A DNA stretch of 64,000 nt from an uncultured bacterium. Lineage in GTDB: Bacteria > Patescibacteriota > Minisyncoccia > Moranbacterales > UBA2206. The stretch is from assembly GCA_903841185.1 (NCBI GenBank), contig CAIMIV010000012.1, positions 86 to 64,085 of the forward strand. Direction: 5' to 3'. Position 1 is the stretch's first letter, and each line of letters begins with the position of its first letter. The translations under genes and the position numbers were made by a program. Shown here piece after piece: positions 50,591 to 61,189 of the stretch. The notes under the pieces were generated by a model. That model was given only the letters and a program-made list of their open reading frames with translations, had not been told where the DNA came from and did no database searches.

Positions 50591-52957
50591 TTAAGAATTA
50601 TAAATTTCCTTTTCTAATCCTTGCACCGCTATTACATATTCCTCCCTACCACCAAAAGCCTCCACAATTTCCATCGGCGAACCGAAGCGCACAAATGGTG
50701 AGATGGTAAGAATTGACATATCTTCAATGTGTTTCAACCCTTCGTCCGCATATTTCGCCAAAAGAGCATCCAAAACATTCCGCGCTGATTCGCCATATTT
50801 TTTCAAATAATCACTCTTGCGCACTTTTTCCGCTCGTTCTTTTCTGGTCATTAATTTTTGCTTGTCAAATGCCACATGCAAAATCAAATCGAATAGATCA
50901 ATGTCCTGTCCGATGTTTTTTTGCAATTCTTCCAGCATCACCCCATTATTTGCCAGCTCATCAATAATATAATATTTCTGTTTTGATTTATCCCATTTTT
51001 GAATGAATTCATCCAAAGAATTATATTCCTTGATGATTTGCTTTTTGGTGTAGTCCTTCAATGATTCCGTAATCAGTTTTCCACTGCCATCCAAATACTG
51101 CGCCCGCTTGTAGGCCACCTCCACCGGCACGCTGTCCACATAGATCTTGCCTGATTTTTCTTTAATCAAATCTCCCCCATCAACAATTGTGGGTTTTTCC
51201 TCAGTGCCATATACATTTTCAGTGTCCGTAATTATTGAAGCACCATCCACCAAGCCATCCTCTTCATTTTCATCCGGACCGAAATCTCCACCCTGTTCAA
51301 TTTCTTTTATCTGCTCTGGCGGACCATCAAACTCCTCATCAGCAAAAAGTTCTGTCACTTTGCGAAAGTCTAGAATAGTAAAATGTGTTTTGCCATAATC
51401 TTCTCTGACGCGAGTACCTCGCCCAATGATCTGTTTGAATTCGGTCATTGACCTAATATTGGAATCCAGCACAATGTTTTTGCAAGTTTGCACGTCCACG
51501 CCTGTGGTTAAGAGCTTACTAGTAGTCACGATTGTCGGATACAGACTTTCCGGGTCGATGAAATTATCCAACTCTCTCTTGCCCTCATCGTTGTCGCCTG
51601 TAATGCGCATCACATATTTGGGATTTTCCCTGACCAAATCAGCATTTTCATTTACCAGAGCTTGGCGCATTCTTTCTGCATGATCAATGTCCACACAAAA
51701 TATAATAGTTTTTCCAAAACGGTCTGTTTGTTTAAGATATTTTGTGACTTCTTTAGCAACAGTCTTAGTCCTCTCAATTAGCACTAGGTTTCTATCAAAA
51801 TCTTTATCGGTATAGATCTTGTCCTTAATTTCATTCCCATCCACATCCCTGTCATCAATAGCTGGACGATAGCCTCCTAAATCCTTGTCGAGCATGACTT
51901 GGATGACTTTGTATGGTGCCAAAAAACCATCATCTATTCCCTGCTTGAGCGAATAGGTATAAATTGGTTTGCCAAAATATTCGATATTGGATGTGTCCTT
52001 AGTCTCTTTGGGTGTGGCAGTGAGTCCGATATGCGTGGCTGATTTGAAATATTCCAACACTTCTCGCCAAGCGGAATCTTCCGAGGCACTCCCCCTATGG
52101 CATTCATCAATCACAATCAGATCGAAAAAATCCGGACTGAATTGTTTGTAGGCATTTCTTTCTTCATCATCACTGGTAATGCCTTGATACAATGACATAT
52201 AGATTTCATAGGCTTTATCAATTTGACGATTTTTCACTTTAGTCATTTTGTCACCGAAATGCTTGAAATCATTAACCATCGTCTGATCAATTAGAATGTT
52301 GCGATCAGCTAGAAAAAGAATTCGCTTAGCTCGCCCTGATTTCCAAAGTCTCCAGATGATTTGTCCTGCCACAAAAGTCTTACCTGTGCCAGTTGCCATC
52401 ACAAGAAGAATTCTATTTTGATTTTCTGCTACCGCCTTGACCGCCCGATTAATGGCTACTTCTTGATAGTATCGCGGAGTTTTACCTGAGCTATCTGAAT
52501 AATATGGCGTATGAATAATGTTTTCCGTTTCACTCTCAATTTTATTGGCAATTTTGTAGCGTTGATAAAGCTTTTCAGGTGATGGGAGTTCGTCCATTTT
52601 CAATTGACGCTCTTTGCCAGTCAAAAAATCATGTTCCAAAAATCCATCCCCATTAGAACTATAGGCAAATGGAACATCCAACGCTTCGGCATAATTCATT
52701 GATTGTTGCATGCCACTGCCAATAGATTGATTATTGTCCTTAGCTTCTATAACAGCAATGGGAAAATTTGATTCATAATAGAGGATATAATCGGCTCGTT
52801 TACCCTCGCCTCGCTTGATAGTCTTACCTTGTACTAAAATCCTTCCAGACGTAAAAGACACCTGTTCCCGCAATTGCGTTATCGTATCCCACCCAGATTT
52901 TTCAATGGCTGGCGTGATAAACTTTGTACAAATATCCTGCTCGGAAAGATTTTTCAT
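50591..52957 (-). CDS. hsdR: Type I R-M restriction subunit HsdR (SF2 helicase/endonuclease)
   Basis: Walker A 'MATGTGKTFVA', DEAH-type 'VIDECHRGS', and helicase motifs III-VI. 788 aa. Confidence 0.9.
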   Translation of the reverse strand: MKNLSEQDICTKFITPAIEKSGWDTITQLREQVSFTSGRILVQGKTIKRGEGKRADYILYYESNFPIAVIEAKDNNQSIGSGMQQSMNYAEALDVPFAYSSNGDGFLEHDFLTGKERQLKMDELPSPEKLYQRYKIANKIESETENIIHTPYYSDSSGKTPRYYQEVAINRAVKAVAENQNRILLVMATGTGKTFVAGQIIWRLWKSGRAKRILFLADRNILIDQTMVNDFKHFGDKMTKVKNRQIDKAYEIYMSLYQGITSDDEERNAYKQFSPDFFDLIVIDECHRGSASEDSAWREVLEYFKSATHIGLTATPKETKDTSNIEYFGKPIYTYSLKQGIDDGFLAPYKVIQVMLDKDLGGYRPAIDDRDVDGNEIKDKIYTDKDFDRNLVLIERTKTVAKEVTKYLKQTDRFGKTIIFCVDIDHAERMRQALVNENADLVRENPKYVMRITGDNDEGKRELDNFIDPESLYPTIVTTSKLLTTGVDVQTCKNIVLDSNIRSMTEFKQIIGRGTRVREDYGKTHFTILDFRKVTELFADEEFDGPPEQIKEIEQGGDFGPDENEEDGLVDGASIITDTENVYGTEEKPTIVDGGDLIKEKSGKIYVDSVPVEVAYKRAQYLDGSGKLITESLKDYTKKQIIKEYNSLDEFIQKWDKSKQKYYIIDELANNGVMLEELQKNIGQDIDLFDLILHVAFDKQKLMTRKERAEKVRKSDYLKKYGESARNVLDALLAKYADEGLKHIEDMSILTISPFVRFGSPMEIVEAFGGREEYVIAVQGLEKEIYNS

Positions 52958-53099
52958 AAATATAAGCTTATTCTTACTATTCTATTGTACCCCCTTCCCC
53001 CATTTTTGGCTAATTTATCCATTTTTCACCCCAAAACAAAGTCGCCTTTTCAAAGTTACACAGCCTTAAAGTTTGAATATGAGGCTTTCAAATTCAAAG

Positions 53100-53771
53100 T
53101 TACAGCAAATTTTTCTCCTTGAGACTCGCAAAGCCCCTTTTGGTCACAATCACATGATCCACGATTTCAATGCCTAGAATTTTTCCAGCCTCTTTGAGTC
53201 TTTTGGTGACTTCCAGGTCATCTTCGGACGGTTCCAGACTGCCGGAAGGATGATTGTGCGCCACGAGAATGGAAGCGGCCAAATGATCAATAGCCGATTT
53301 AAAAACTTCGCGCGGATGAATGAGACTGGCGTTCAGCGTGCCGATGGAAATGGTTTCTTTGCTCAACAGTTGATTGCGCGCGTTGAGATAGAGCGCCACA
53401 AAATGTTCTTTCTTGGCATGGCGCAGTTCTTGCAGTTGCGCCACCGCGTCACGCGCGGAGACGATGGTCGGCAGATTGTTGTCCTCCACCTCGAGAGCCC
53501 GCTTAGTCAGTTCAAAAGCCGCCAACAGCAAGCAGGCCTTGGCCGGACCGAGGCCTTTGATTTTAGCCAGACTAGCAAAATCCAGTGTCAATAAATTTTT
53601 GGTAGGAAATTTTTTCAAGATGTCTCGCGAAACCTGCAGCACATTTTTGCCGGTCACGCCGGTGCGCAACAAAATCGCCATCAATTCAAAATCCTTGAGG
53701 TTTTCTGATCCTCTCTCCATCAATTTCTCCCGAGGCATTTCATGCCTGGCCAAATCTTTTATTTTCGCCAT
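53100..53771 (-). CDS. radC: RadC-like JAB/MPN domain protein
   Basis: HhH N-terminus and JAMM motif 'HNHPSGSLEPSEDD'. Confidence 0.85.
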   Translation of the reverse strand: MAKIKDLARHEMPREKLMERGSENLKDFELMAILLRTGVTGKNVLQVSRDILKKFPTKNLLTLDFASLAKIKGLGPAKACLLLAAFELTKRALEVEDNNLPTIVSARDAVAQLQELRHAKKEHFVALYLNARNQLLSKETISIGTLNASLIHPREVFKSAIDHLAASILVAHNHPSGSLEPSEDDLEVTKRLKEAGKILGIEIVDHVIVTKRGFASLKEKNLL

Positions 53772-53819
53772 AAGATTTTATTTTTTAATCCTATCCATGA
53801 TCCAAGTTGCGAACCTCTT

Positions 53820-53841
53820 TCCATCCCCAAATTTGGCGATG
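53820..53841. terminator. Palindromic hairpin CCATC(C/G)CCAAA/TTTGGCGATGG 3' of the RhuM-family gene
   Basis: 11-bp inverted repeat with one mismatch. A perfect copy lies at 61163-61184 after the second RhuM gene. Confidence 0.5.
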
Positions 53842-53843
53842 GA

Positions 53844-54782
53844 TTATTTAAATCTCTTTTGCTTAACAAACTTCTCCATTTCATTTTTCACAACTTTTTC
53901 CATCTTATCATGAGAAATTTTTCCCTTGTCCGAAAGCACTTCCAACCTATTAGCCGTGAGCATATCATGCAAATATTTAACCCAATCTTTCATATGCATG
54001 ATATTTTTCCTTTCAATCTGAAACTCTGCAAAAGATAAAAATTGCTCCACCAAAAGATATAGCTGGCGCAATTCCGTTTCCAACATATAATTTTTTGCCA
54101 CCTCAGCTTCTTTTCTTGTCGGCGCCATTCCCTTCCAGTTTGTCATTCCCAGGTTTTCTTTTTTTCCACTAATCCGATTCACCACCAATTCAGCCGCCGT
54201 TTTTCCTGTTATGGCATAGTGAAATTTATTTTGCATAGTTGCGTAAAACTCGCGGGTCATATCTGTCCGTGGATCATAATCCACGCTGGTCGCAAAAATA
54301 TCTTTAACTTTCTCATAGAGATTCCTTTCGGAAAATCTGATCTTCCTGACTCTTTCTAGCCATTCTTCAAAAAATCCCTTTCTCAATCCCCCTTCTGACA
54401 ATCTTTCATCATCCATCACGAATCCCTTGACCATATACTCTTTAAGTTTTTGCGTCGCCCAAATGCGGAATTGCGTACCTCGCAAAGATTTGACGCGATA
54501 ACCGACGGAAATGATAACGTCCAGATTATAGAAATTCACATTGTATTTTTTCCCATCCTTAGCAGTATGCTGGAATTTCCGGCATACTGATTTTTCCGTT
54601 AATTCGCCCTCCTTAAACACATTTCCTATGTGTTCTGTAATAGTTTTTCTATCCTTATCAAAAAGTTCCGCCATCTGTTTCTGACTCAACCAAATAGTTT
54701 CACCCTCAAGACTGACTTCAATTTCAGTATTTCCATCTTCTGTCGTATAGAGAATTATTTTATTGTTCTTATCCTCTTTCAT
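53844..54782 (-). CDS. RhuM-family protein
   Basis: 'ILYTTEDGNTEIEVSLEGETIWLSQKQMAELF…YNLDVIISVGYRVKSLRGTQFRIWATQ' is diagnostic of the RhuM family. Confidence 0.75.
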   Translation of the reverse strand: MKEDKNNKIILYTTEDGNTEIEVSLEGETIWLSQKQMAELFDKDRKTITEHIGNVFKEGELTEKSVCRKFQHTAKDGKKYNVNFYNLDVIISVGYRVKSLRGTQFRIWATQKLKEYMVKGFVMDDERLSEGGLRKGFFEEWLERVRKIRFSERNLYEKVKDIFATSVDYDPRTDMTREFYATMQNKFHYAITGKTAAELVVNRISGKKENLGMTNWKGMAPTRKEAEVAKNYMLETELRQLYLLVEQFLSFAEFQIERKNIMHMKDWVKYLHDMLTANRLEVLSDKGKISHDKMEKVVKNEMEKFVKQKRFK

Positions 54783-55051
54783 AGTTTTTATTTTATTTGA
54801 TTTTTAACTTCTTCAAATATTTCCCCCATATCCTTTTCTTGCCATCCGAGGCAGTCGTCAAGAAATTCTTGATAACTGCATTTTCTTCTATTTCCCCTTT
54901 TTCAAACAAATGTTTCAAATCTTAATGATAATATATCACTACTCCCCAATTTTGGCAAATTATGTTAATAGCGAAACAATCCTAGTGCCACGCCAGAAAC
55001 GGCCAAATCGCCGTTCTGGCTGTTAAAAAATAGACCCCCCTATCGAAATTT

Positions 55052-55744
55052 TTAATTACTTAATTTATTTTTTATATATAAATATTCATTGTTGATTTCT
55101 TCAATAGAATCACAAACGCTTTCAATGATTATGGGCAGCTTCTTATCAAAAATAGCATCCAGTATCCCCTGCTGTTGGGTTTTGTACAGCGGGTCATGGA
55201 AGGTTTCGAATCCGCTCAAATGAAAGCCGACGATCCTGTCACGGAAAGCCTCCATAAATTCGCCCGCCAATTTCATCGTGGGATCATTGGCGAAACAATG
55301 ATTCACATCCAGCACCATCTTCACATCAATCTGTTGAAAAATCTTCTCGAGATCCGCCACGCTCTTGCAAGAAGTTTTTAGATTATCCATATTCTCGATA
55401 GCAAACGGGATGGAAAATTTAGCGAAGACATCCCAATTGCTGATTGTGTCCGGATGGACAACCACGTAGGCAAAGCCTATTTTTTGATGAGCTATTTCAA
55501 TCTGGTGCAATATCTCCCCTAATTCCTCATCGGAAACATTCGCAAATATCGGGGCGTGGAGTGACACATGCTCGAACCCTCGCAAGTCTTCCAAGGGAAT
55601 ATTTTTCAATAAAGGCGCGTCTGCCATATCAAAACACATGATTTCAATCGCATTGCTTCCGGCGCTTTTGAAAATATCAAAAGTTTCCTTTGCCAATCTA
55701 TTATGCGTTTTCCACAAACAACCCGATGAAAAGCCTAGAAGCAT
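55052..55744 (-). CDS. Xylose-isomerase-like TIM-barrel (sugar-phosphate isomerase/epimerase, AP-endonuclease-2 fold) protein
   Basis: 'VVVHPD', 'IPFAIENM' and 'LDVNH' metal-site motifs. Start placed at the internal Met (MLLGFSSG). Confidence 0.6.
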   Translation of the reverse strand: MLLGFSSGCLWKTHNRLAKETFDIFKSAGSNAIEIMCFDMADAPLLKNIPLEDLRGFEHVSLHAPIFANVSDEELGEILHQIEIAHQKIGFAYVVVHPDTISNWDVFAKFSIPFAIENMDNLKTSCKSVADLEKIFQQIDVKMVLDVNHCFANDPTMKLAGEFMEAFRDRIVGFHLSGFETFHDPLYKTQQQGILDAIFDKKLPIIIESVCDSIEEINNEYLYIKNKLSN

Positions 55745-55825
55745 AGTTTTTTTATTATTGCGATTAGTTGCGCAATTCCATTGTACCCTTTTCTGTTTTT
55801 TTTGACTACTTTCTGACAAAACTGC

Positions 55826-56095
55826 GTGTCTCGCGCAGAGTTCACCCGCAATTCCATATTTGTTTTGATTGCTTTTACGTGCTATTATTTTTTTATAAAT
55901 AAATCACTAAAAAACATGAACGAAACGAAACTAACTACCAGCATAGCTATATTGGGAGCTATATCCGTAATAGGCATAATATTATACAAAACAAAGGGCA
56001 ATCTTAGCCCTGAATTGATTTTTAGAATTATTTCGTCAATAATTATGCTTTCAGTTCTTATCTATGTATCCTTCTTCTACACTAAAAACAAATAA
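55826..56095 (+). CDS. Small two-TM protein (hypothetical)
   Basis: 89-aa ORF and the only +-strand gene in this region. Weak call. Confidence 0.3.
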   Translation: MSRAEFTRNSIFVLIAFTCYYFFINKSLKNMNETKLTTSIAILGAISVIGIILYKTKGNLSPELIFRIISSIIMLSVLIYVSFFYTKNK

Positions 56096-56272
56096 CGGCA
56101 ATCGTCCGGCGGCACCCAATAGAAATAGCTTCTTATTTCTATTTCCCTAAAAATTTGCCAATCCACCACTTTTTGATAAACGACGATGGGATTTGGCCCG
56201 GTAAAAAAATAAGAGCCCTGTAGTCGATTGACTAGCAGGGCTCATTCCTTCTACCTAGGTTGCATACATCAC

Positions 56273-56746
56273 CTATTTTTTGAAGATGATGGTGTCCGGA
56301 ATTTCATTGACGTCACCTGGTTGAATCGGAAAATGTTTGGAAAGGATCCGACCAACCATTATGATGGCATCGCAAATCCCCTCCGCTGCGTCCCCTTTTT
56401 TAATTCCGGATGTGATCGTGTCGACAACCACTTTCCATCTTTTCTGATCATAGAATTCACTGATAGATTTGCCGGCTCTGACCTCCACTCGACGTTCCTC
56501 CAATGAAATCATAATGAGGATGCCAGTGTGGCCGGTAGTGTGATCCAAGCCTTCGATAAAGAACTCTGCGTTGGCTCTGGTCAGCGTTCGTTCTTTGACA
56601 TCCCCAGGAAAGCTGGATGAATCTTGAACGACCAGTGGTTTTATTTCACCGGCCGTGCTTTTTTCAGCCAAAGCAATTGTGGCGTTTATTCTCTGAACTT
56701 CCTCTGGATTTAAAAAATTATCTATCGTTATCATCATCTTTGTCAC
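56273..56746 (-). CDS. TPM-domain protein (short, cytoplasmic form)
   Basis: TPM/DUF477-like core 'GILIMISLEERRVEVRAGKS'. Confidence 0.55.
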   Translation of the reverse strand: MTKMMITIDNFLNPEEVQRINATIALAEKSTAGEIKPLVVQDSSSFPGDVKERTLTRANAEFFIEGLDHTTGHTGILIMISLEERRVEVRAGKSISEFYDQKRWKVVVDTITSGIKKGDAAEGICDAIIMVGRILSKHFPIQPGDVNEIPDTIIFKK

Positions 56747-56765
56747 CTTTTTTTTCGTTTATTGT

Positions 56766-58724
56766 TTACCAGCTACCCGAAGCTCCGCCGCCGCCAAAAC
56801 TGCCACCGCCGAAACCGCCGAAACTGTCACCAGTACTTGAACTACCACTGGAAGATGATGAACTTTGACTGCTCCTCTCGCGAGCCGTTTCTGCATCACC
56901 AATATCACTCTTGGCTCTTCTTGTTGCATCTCCAGCAATTGAGATTACGGACTGGGCTAAAATTGCCAATCCGATCCAATCGGCCATTGACTGGTCGATT
57001 TTTTGCCGAAGTTCGTGCAATCCAGTCGTAGCCTGCTGCGCCAATGATTTTGCCTTAGATTCAACATCACTTTTTCTAACGTTGCTTTCGGCTAATTTCA
57101 CTTCCCGTATAGCAGTAGGCAGAATTCTTGCAACTTCCGATTTGGCTGTCTCAATTTTCTTAGCCAATTCAGAAACATCCTCTTGGAGAGAAACGACTTG
57201 CTGCCGAATTCTCCCCGCCTCGCTGATTTTTCCAACGGCGGAATTGATGCCGCTCTCTTTGGAAAGATTGCTGGCCGCAACCGCCGCAATGACACCGGAT
57301 ATAGAAGCGATTAATTTATCCGCTCCGGCATATCTGCCTGCAACATCGTGCCAGACAGTTTCAGGATTATTCTTCTGGATATCCTTCAACATCTCTCGAC
57401 GCTGAGCAATCCCAGCTTTCAAAACTTCCACGTCTCCAGATGTTTTCGTTACGAACGCTGAGACTTTCTCCTTCTGCCCCTGCAAACTGGCAACAGACTG
57501 AGAAAGGATGTTAATTTCTTTCTGAAGATTGGAAGCTTCCTGGAAAATGTCTCGACTGAAATCGTTCCGGCCAATTCCGCTTTTCTTTAATCTTTCTTGC
57601 AGCGCCGCTGTTTTACTTTTAAGGGCTGCCAGTTGAGCAGACGAAATATCAGCTACAATGCCTCCCTGTTCAAGCCTTTCAACATTAGTTGATGTTTCAG
57701 TCAAGAGTTTCTCAAGGCTTTTTACGGCAGGTTCGGCAGTTGTTCTGACTGTCGTAACCTCTTGCGGCAAAGACTCCATTTCTGTCATTTTCTTCAAAGC
57801 TTGCCGTTTAGTATTTTCAACATCATTCAGTTTTCGCACCGCCTTATCTGGATCGTCATCAATTATCAGCTTAGCGTTATTAATTCCGCTATAACCCACT
57901 GAGATTGAGTACTCCAACTGACCTAATAAAGAATTAAATTTATCCTCTGCCCAGATTGGCAATGTAACAGAATTTTTTGTAGATTCAGGCATGAATTTCT
58001 CCATGTCTGAAAATTCTTCTTCCAGATCGGCAATCCTGACACGCAATGATTTTCTGAGAGACTTTTTTCTTAGTGATTCTCTTATCTTCATCATAATCAT
58101 ACGGATAAAAAACACCATCCCAATCAGACCAATAGCCGCCACAATGAAAATTAAGATGCCAATCCCAATCTCGTTCGCCTTTTCTTCAGCAATCCGTTTT
58201 TCCTCTGCTCGATTTTGCGCCATGATAGCACGCTCCTGGACGGTATATTGTCCAAGCTTTTCAATGATGTTATCAACTGCCTTATTGATTCCACCATAGA
58301 AATCACCTGCCTTAAAAGCGGGGGTCATAATTTCATCAACGATTCGTCCCGCCATCAAGTCAGTTAAATCTCCTTCCAGCCCATAGCCAACTTCAATCCG
58401 CATTCTGTGATCCTTCTTGGCAATGGTAACTAGAACACCATTGTCTTTTCCTTTCTGGCCAATTTTCCACTCACTGGCGACTTGGATTGAATAACTCTCA
58501 ATGTCCGAGCCTTCAAGCGAGTTAATGGTCAAAATGGCAATCTGATTGCTTGTTTGCTTGTCGTATTGACCAAGCTTCTGTTCAAGCTGAGCAGCCTGTT
58601 CAGATCCTAACATGCCAGCAAAATCATTGACGTATCCCTTGTAATTAGGAATGTTCAATGCGACGGCAGTTCCAGACAACACCAAAAAAAATACCACCAA
58701 AAAAATCCACATTTTGTTCTTCAT
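56766..58724 (-). CDS. TPM-domain (YgcG-like) membrane protein with ~400-aa coiled coil and Gly/Ser-rich C-terminal tail
   Basis: Signal peptide, then 'YVNDFAGML…QIAILTINSLEG…RIEVGYGLEG' TPM core, a TM helix, a long heptad region and a 'GGFGGGSFGGGGASGSW' tail. AAAGGAGGAAG ribosome-binding site before the ATG at 58724. Confidence 0.65.
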   Translation of the reverse strand: MKNKMWIFLVVFFLVLSGTAVALNIPNYKGYVNDFAGMLGSEQAAQLEQKLGQYDKQTSNQIAILTINSLEGSDIESYSIQVASEWKIGQKGKDNGVLVTIAKKDHRMRIEVGYGLEGDLTDLMAGRIVDEIMTPAFKAGDFYGGINKAVDNIIEKLGQYTVQERAIMAQNRAEEKRIAEEKANEIGIGILIFIVAAIGLIGMVFFIRMIMMKIRESLRKKSLRKSLRVRIADLEEEFSDMEKFMPESTKNSVTLPIWAEDKFNSLLGQLEYSISVGYSGINNAKLIIDDDPDKAVRKLNDVENTKRQALKKMTEMESLPQEVTTVRTTAEPAVKSLEKLLTETSTNVERLEQGGIVADISSAQLAALKSKTAALQERLKKSGIGRNDFSRDIFQEASNLQKEINILSQSVASLQGQKEKVSAFVTKTSGDVEVLKAGIAQRREMLKDIQKNNPETVWHDVAGRYAGADKLIASISGVIAAVAASNLSKESGINSAVGKISEAGRIRQQVVSLQEDVSELAKKIETAKSEVARILPTAIREVKLAESNVRKSDVESKAKSLAQQATTGLHELRQKIDQSMADWIGLAILAQSVISIAGDATRRAKSDIGDAETARERSSQSSSSSSGSSSTGDSFGGFGGGSFGGGGASGSW

Positions 58725-58942
58725 CTTTCTTCCTCCTTTGCTTGAATGAATGCCAAAAATCAAAAAATGACTATTATTACTTTCGTGCTTTGCTATTCAA
58801 TTGACAAGGACCTTGAAAGTCTGGTTTTTTGAAACCTAACTTCCATAATTTAATCTGCTGAACAAACTAAATTATAAAAATTAAGATTGGGGCGGTGCTA
58901 AGTTTTTTCTACTTAGCACCACCCCGCAATTGGATGATGAGT

Positions 58943-59764
58943 TTACCACCCACCTGAAGCTCCGCCGCCGCCGAAACCGCCGCCGCCGAAACCAAATGAA
59001 GAGTCACCACCAGATGAACCGCCGCCGCCACCCATCACCGATGCCTCCAAGAGGAATTTAGCGATGAGGCCGAAAAAAAATCCGACCGCAGCGACAGCAG
59101 CAAGAACTGCGAAGCCTGGATGAAACAACCACGCTGTTGCGAAATACCAACCAGCTGCTCCCGTAATGCCTCCGAGTATTATATGGATTATTCCCATAAA
59201 TCCGGCAATCACCACAATGAGGCCATAAAAGAAAAGATAGGCCTTAACTTTTTCAGGGTCATCTTTCTTCACTGCATCAGACTTGAATTCGCCTTTAACA
59301 GCAAGCTGGATGGCATCAATCGCACCATCCAATCCTTTATAATAGGCTTTCTCCTTGAAAGCTGGTTTCATAACACTGTCAACAATGCGACCAGCGACCA
59401 GATCGGTCAAGCTACCTTCTAGCCCGCGTCCGACTTCGATCCGCATTTTGTGATCATTGAGCACGACAAGAACCAAAATTCCATTGTCCTTGTCTCTTTG
59501 ACCAATCTTCCACTTATCCGCTACTCGGATAGAGAAATCCTCCAGATCATCACCTTCGAGTGAAGGAATGGTCAGTATGGCTATCTGGTTAGACGTCTCA
59601 CCCTCATAACGCTCGAGTTTTTTCTCGAGCTGGGCAGTCTGATCAGATTTGAGCATACCAGAAAAATCGTTGACACGTCCTTTGTACGTTGGAACATCCA
59701 ATGCCATAGCACTTCCAACCCATAAAAAAACGGATAGAACAATAAAAAATATTCTTTTTGCCAT
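58943..59764 (-). CDS. TPM-domain (YgcG-like) membrane protein, paralog
   Basis: Same TPM core (RVNDFSGML…QIAILTIPSLEG…RIEVGRGLEG), C-terminal TM helices and a 'GFGGGGFGGGGASGGW' tail. GGAGGAG ribosome-binding site. Confidence 0.7.
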   Translation of the reverse strand: MAKRIFFIVLSVFLWVGSAMALDVPTYKGRVNDFSGMLKSDQTAQLEKKLERYEGETSNQIAILTIPSLEGDDLEDFSIRVADKWKIGQRDKDNGILVLVVLNDHKMRIEVGRGLEGSLTDLVAGRIVDSVMKPAFKEKAYYKGLDGAIDAIQLAVKGEFKSDAVKKDDPEKVKAYLFFYGLIVVIAGFMGIIHIILGGITGAAGWYFATAWLFHPGFAVLAAVAAVGFFFGLIAKFLLEASVMGGGGGSSGGDSSFGFGGGGFGGGGASGGW

Positions 59765-59777
59765 TACCACTCCTCCA

Positions 59778-60374
59778 TCAAAATTCCACTGTTGGTGCCT
59801 TGGATGCACCCGCATCGGCCTTGAAAGGCTCTCGACGCTCCAAGTGCAACAATAAGTTGTTAGTCAGGCTGTTAGGAAAGCTCCTGATTGAAGTGTTGAA
59901 AGTTTGAACCGCCTTGTTGTAGCGAACTCTGGCCACGTTAATCCGGTTTTCCGTACCTTCGAGCTGATGCTGAAGATCCAGAAAATTTTGATTTGCCTTA
60001 AGTTCAGGGTACTTTTCAACTACCACCATAAGTCGTGATAGTGAGCTCGATAACTCGCCCTGGGCCGCCTGAAAATTGGCAATCGCTGTAGGATCTTTAA
60101 GCATGTCACTGCCAACTTTCATCTGTCCAACCTTGGCACGCGCTTCGATGACTGCAGTCAGCGTTTCCTTTTCATGAGACGCATATCCTTTAACCACCTC
60201 CACCAAATTTGGAATCAGATCAGACCGTCGCTGATAGGTAGATTCGACATCTCCCCAAGCAGCAATAACAGCCTCTTCATTGCCTTGCATGGTATTGTAT
60301 CCACACCCGCCGATATTCAACACCATCATCAAAATTACCACTTTGCCTACGAACATTCCAATTTTTCTCTTCAT
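59778..60374 (-). CDS. lemA: LemA-family protein
   Basis: N-terminal TM helix, then '[47 protein letters not shown]', which matches the LemA consensus. Adjacent to the YgcG/TPM genes, as is usual. Confidence 0.8.
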   Translation of the reverse strand: MKRKIGMFVGKVVILMMVLNIGGCGYNTMQGNEEAVIAAWGDVESTYQRRSDLIPNLVEVVKGYASHEKETLTAVIEARAKVGQMKVGSDMLKDPTAIANFQAAQGELSSSLSRLMVVVEKYPELKANQNFLDLQHQLEGTENRINVARVRYNKAVQTFNTSIRSFPNSLTNNLLLHLERREPFKADAGASKAPTVEF

Positions 60375-61162
60375 GCTACTCTCCTCGCTTGTTGGGATTA
60401 GTGTTTTTTGACTCTTAATTACTAGTAAGAACACATTGCAACTACTTTTTAGTGCAATGTATCATTATAGCAATAAGGCTAAGAAAAGTCAATACCCTGT
60501 ATAAGGTGCACACGCCTTAGACGCTTTCTATATCCATACAACCTGATGCATATGTTTTATAGCAATAAAAAGCGCGCCCCGCTGGAGTTTTCAATCAATA
60601 GATTAATGCAACACCAGTACCATGCTGAAACGGCCAAATCATATTTTAGCCGTTAAAAAATAAACCCCCCTTCCATTCATTTTTTAATCCCGGGTACTTG
60701 GGATAATTTTTAAGCAAAAACCCTCCCCTATTCAAAGTTCAGCCTTAAAGTCTGAATATGCGGATTTCAAATTCAAAGTTACAGTGCGTCCGCCTCGGAT
60801 CGACAAGTAATTGTCTTCACGAGTCGAGACGGGCCATTTTCTTTGGCAGCAAAGAAAGTGGCAAAAAGAAACTGCTGCCCAGGCTCCCTCCATAGGCGGG
60901 CACGGCGTGCTGTCTAAATTTCTATCCGCCAGCTGGCGGATCAAATTCCCATAAATGCTAAAAGGATTGTTGGTAGGAAATTTCTTAACGCACACAAGTT
61001 TCAATTTGTAGCTTGATATTCCGCTAGTGCGGGAACTTTTTAAAAGTCGAGACGGGAGAAATGCACTTCGCTGTGGGCGAGAAAACGTTTTTTTAAAACT
61101 TTCATCTTGTGTATTCCTTTGTCATATCAACAGAAATAATATAGTCCTTGGCTAAAACTTTT

Positions 61163-61184
61163 CCATCGCCAAATTTGGCGATGG
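61163..61184. terminator. Perfect palindrome CCATCGCCAAA/TTTGGCGATGG 3' of the second RhuM gene
   Basis: See 53820-53841. Confidence 0.5.
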
Positions 61185-61189
61185 ATTAT

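Noticed and set aside
60732-61004. 90-aa ORF in the GC-rich segment before the second RhuM gene
   Set aside because: Its composition is Cys- and Trp-rich (…CPPMEGAWAAVSFCHFLCCQRKWP…) with no start context, and it spans a region with repeat and palindrome structure. It is more likely non-coding.
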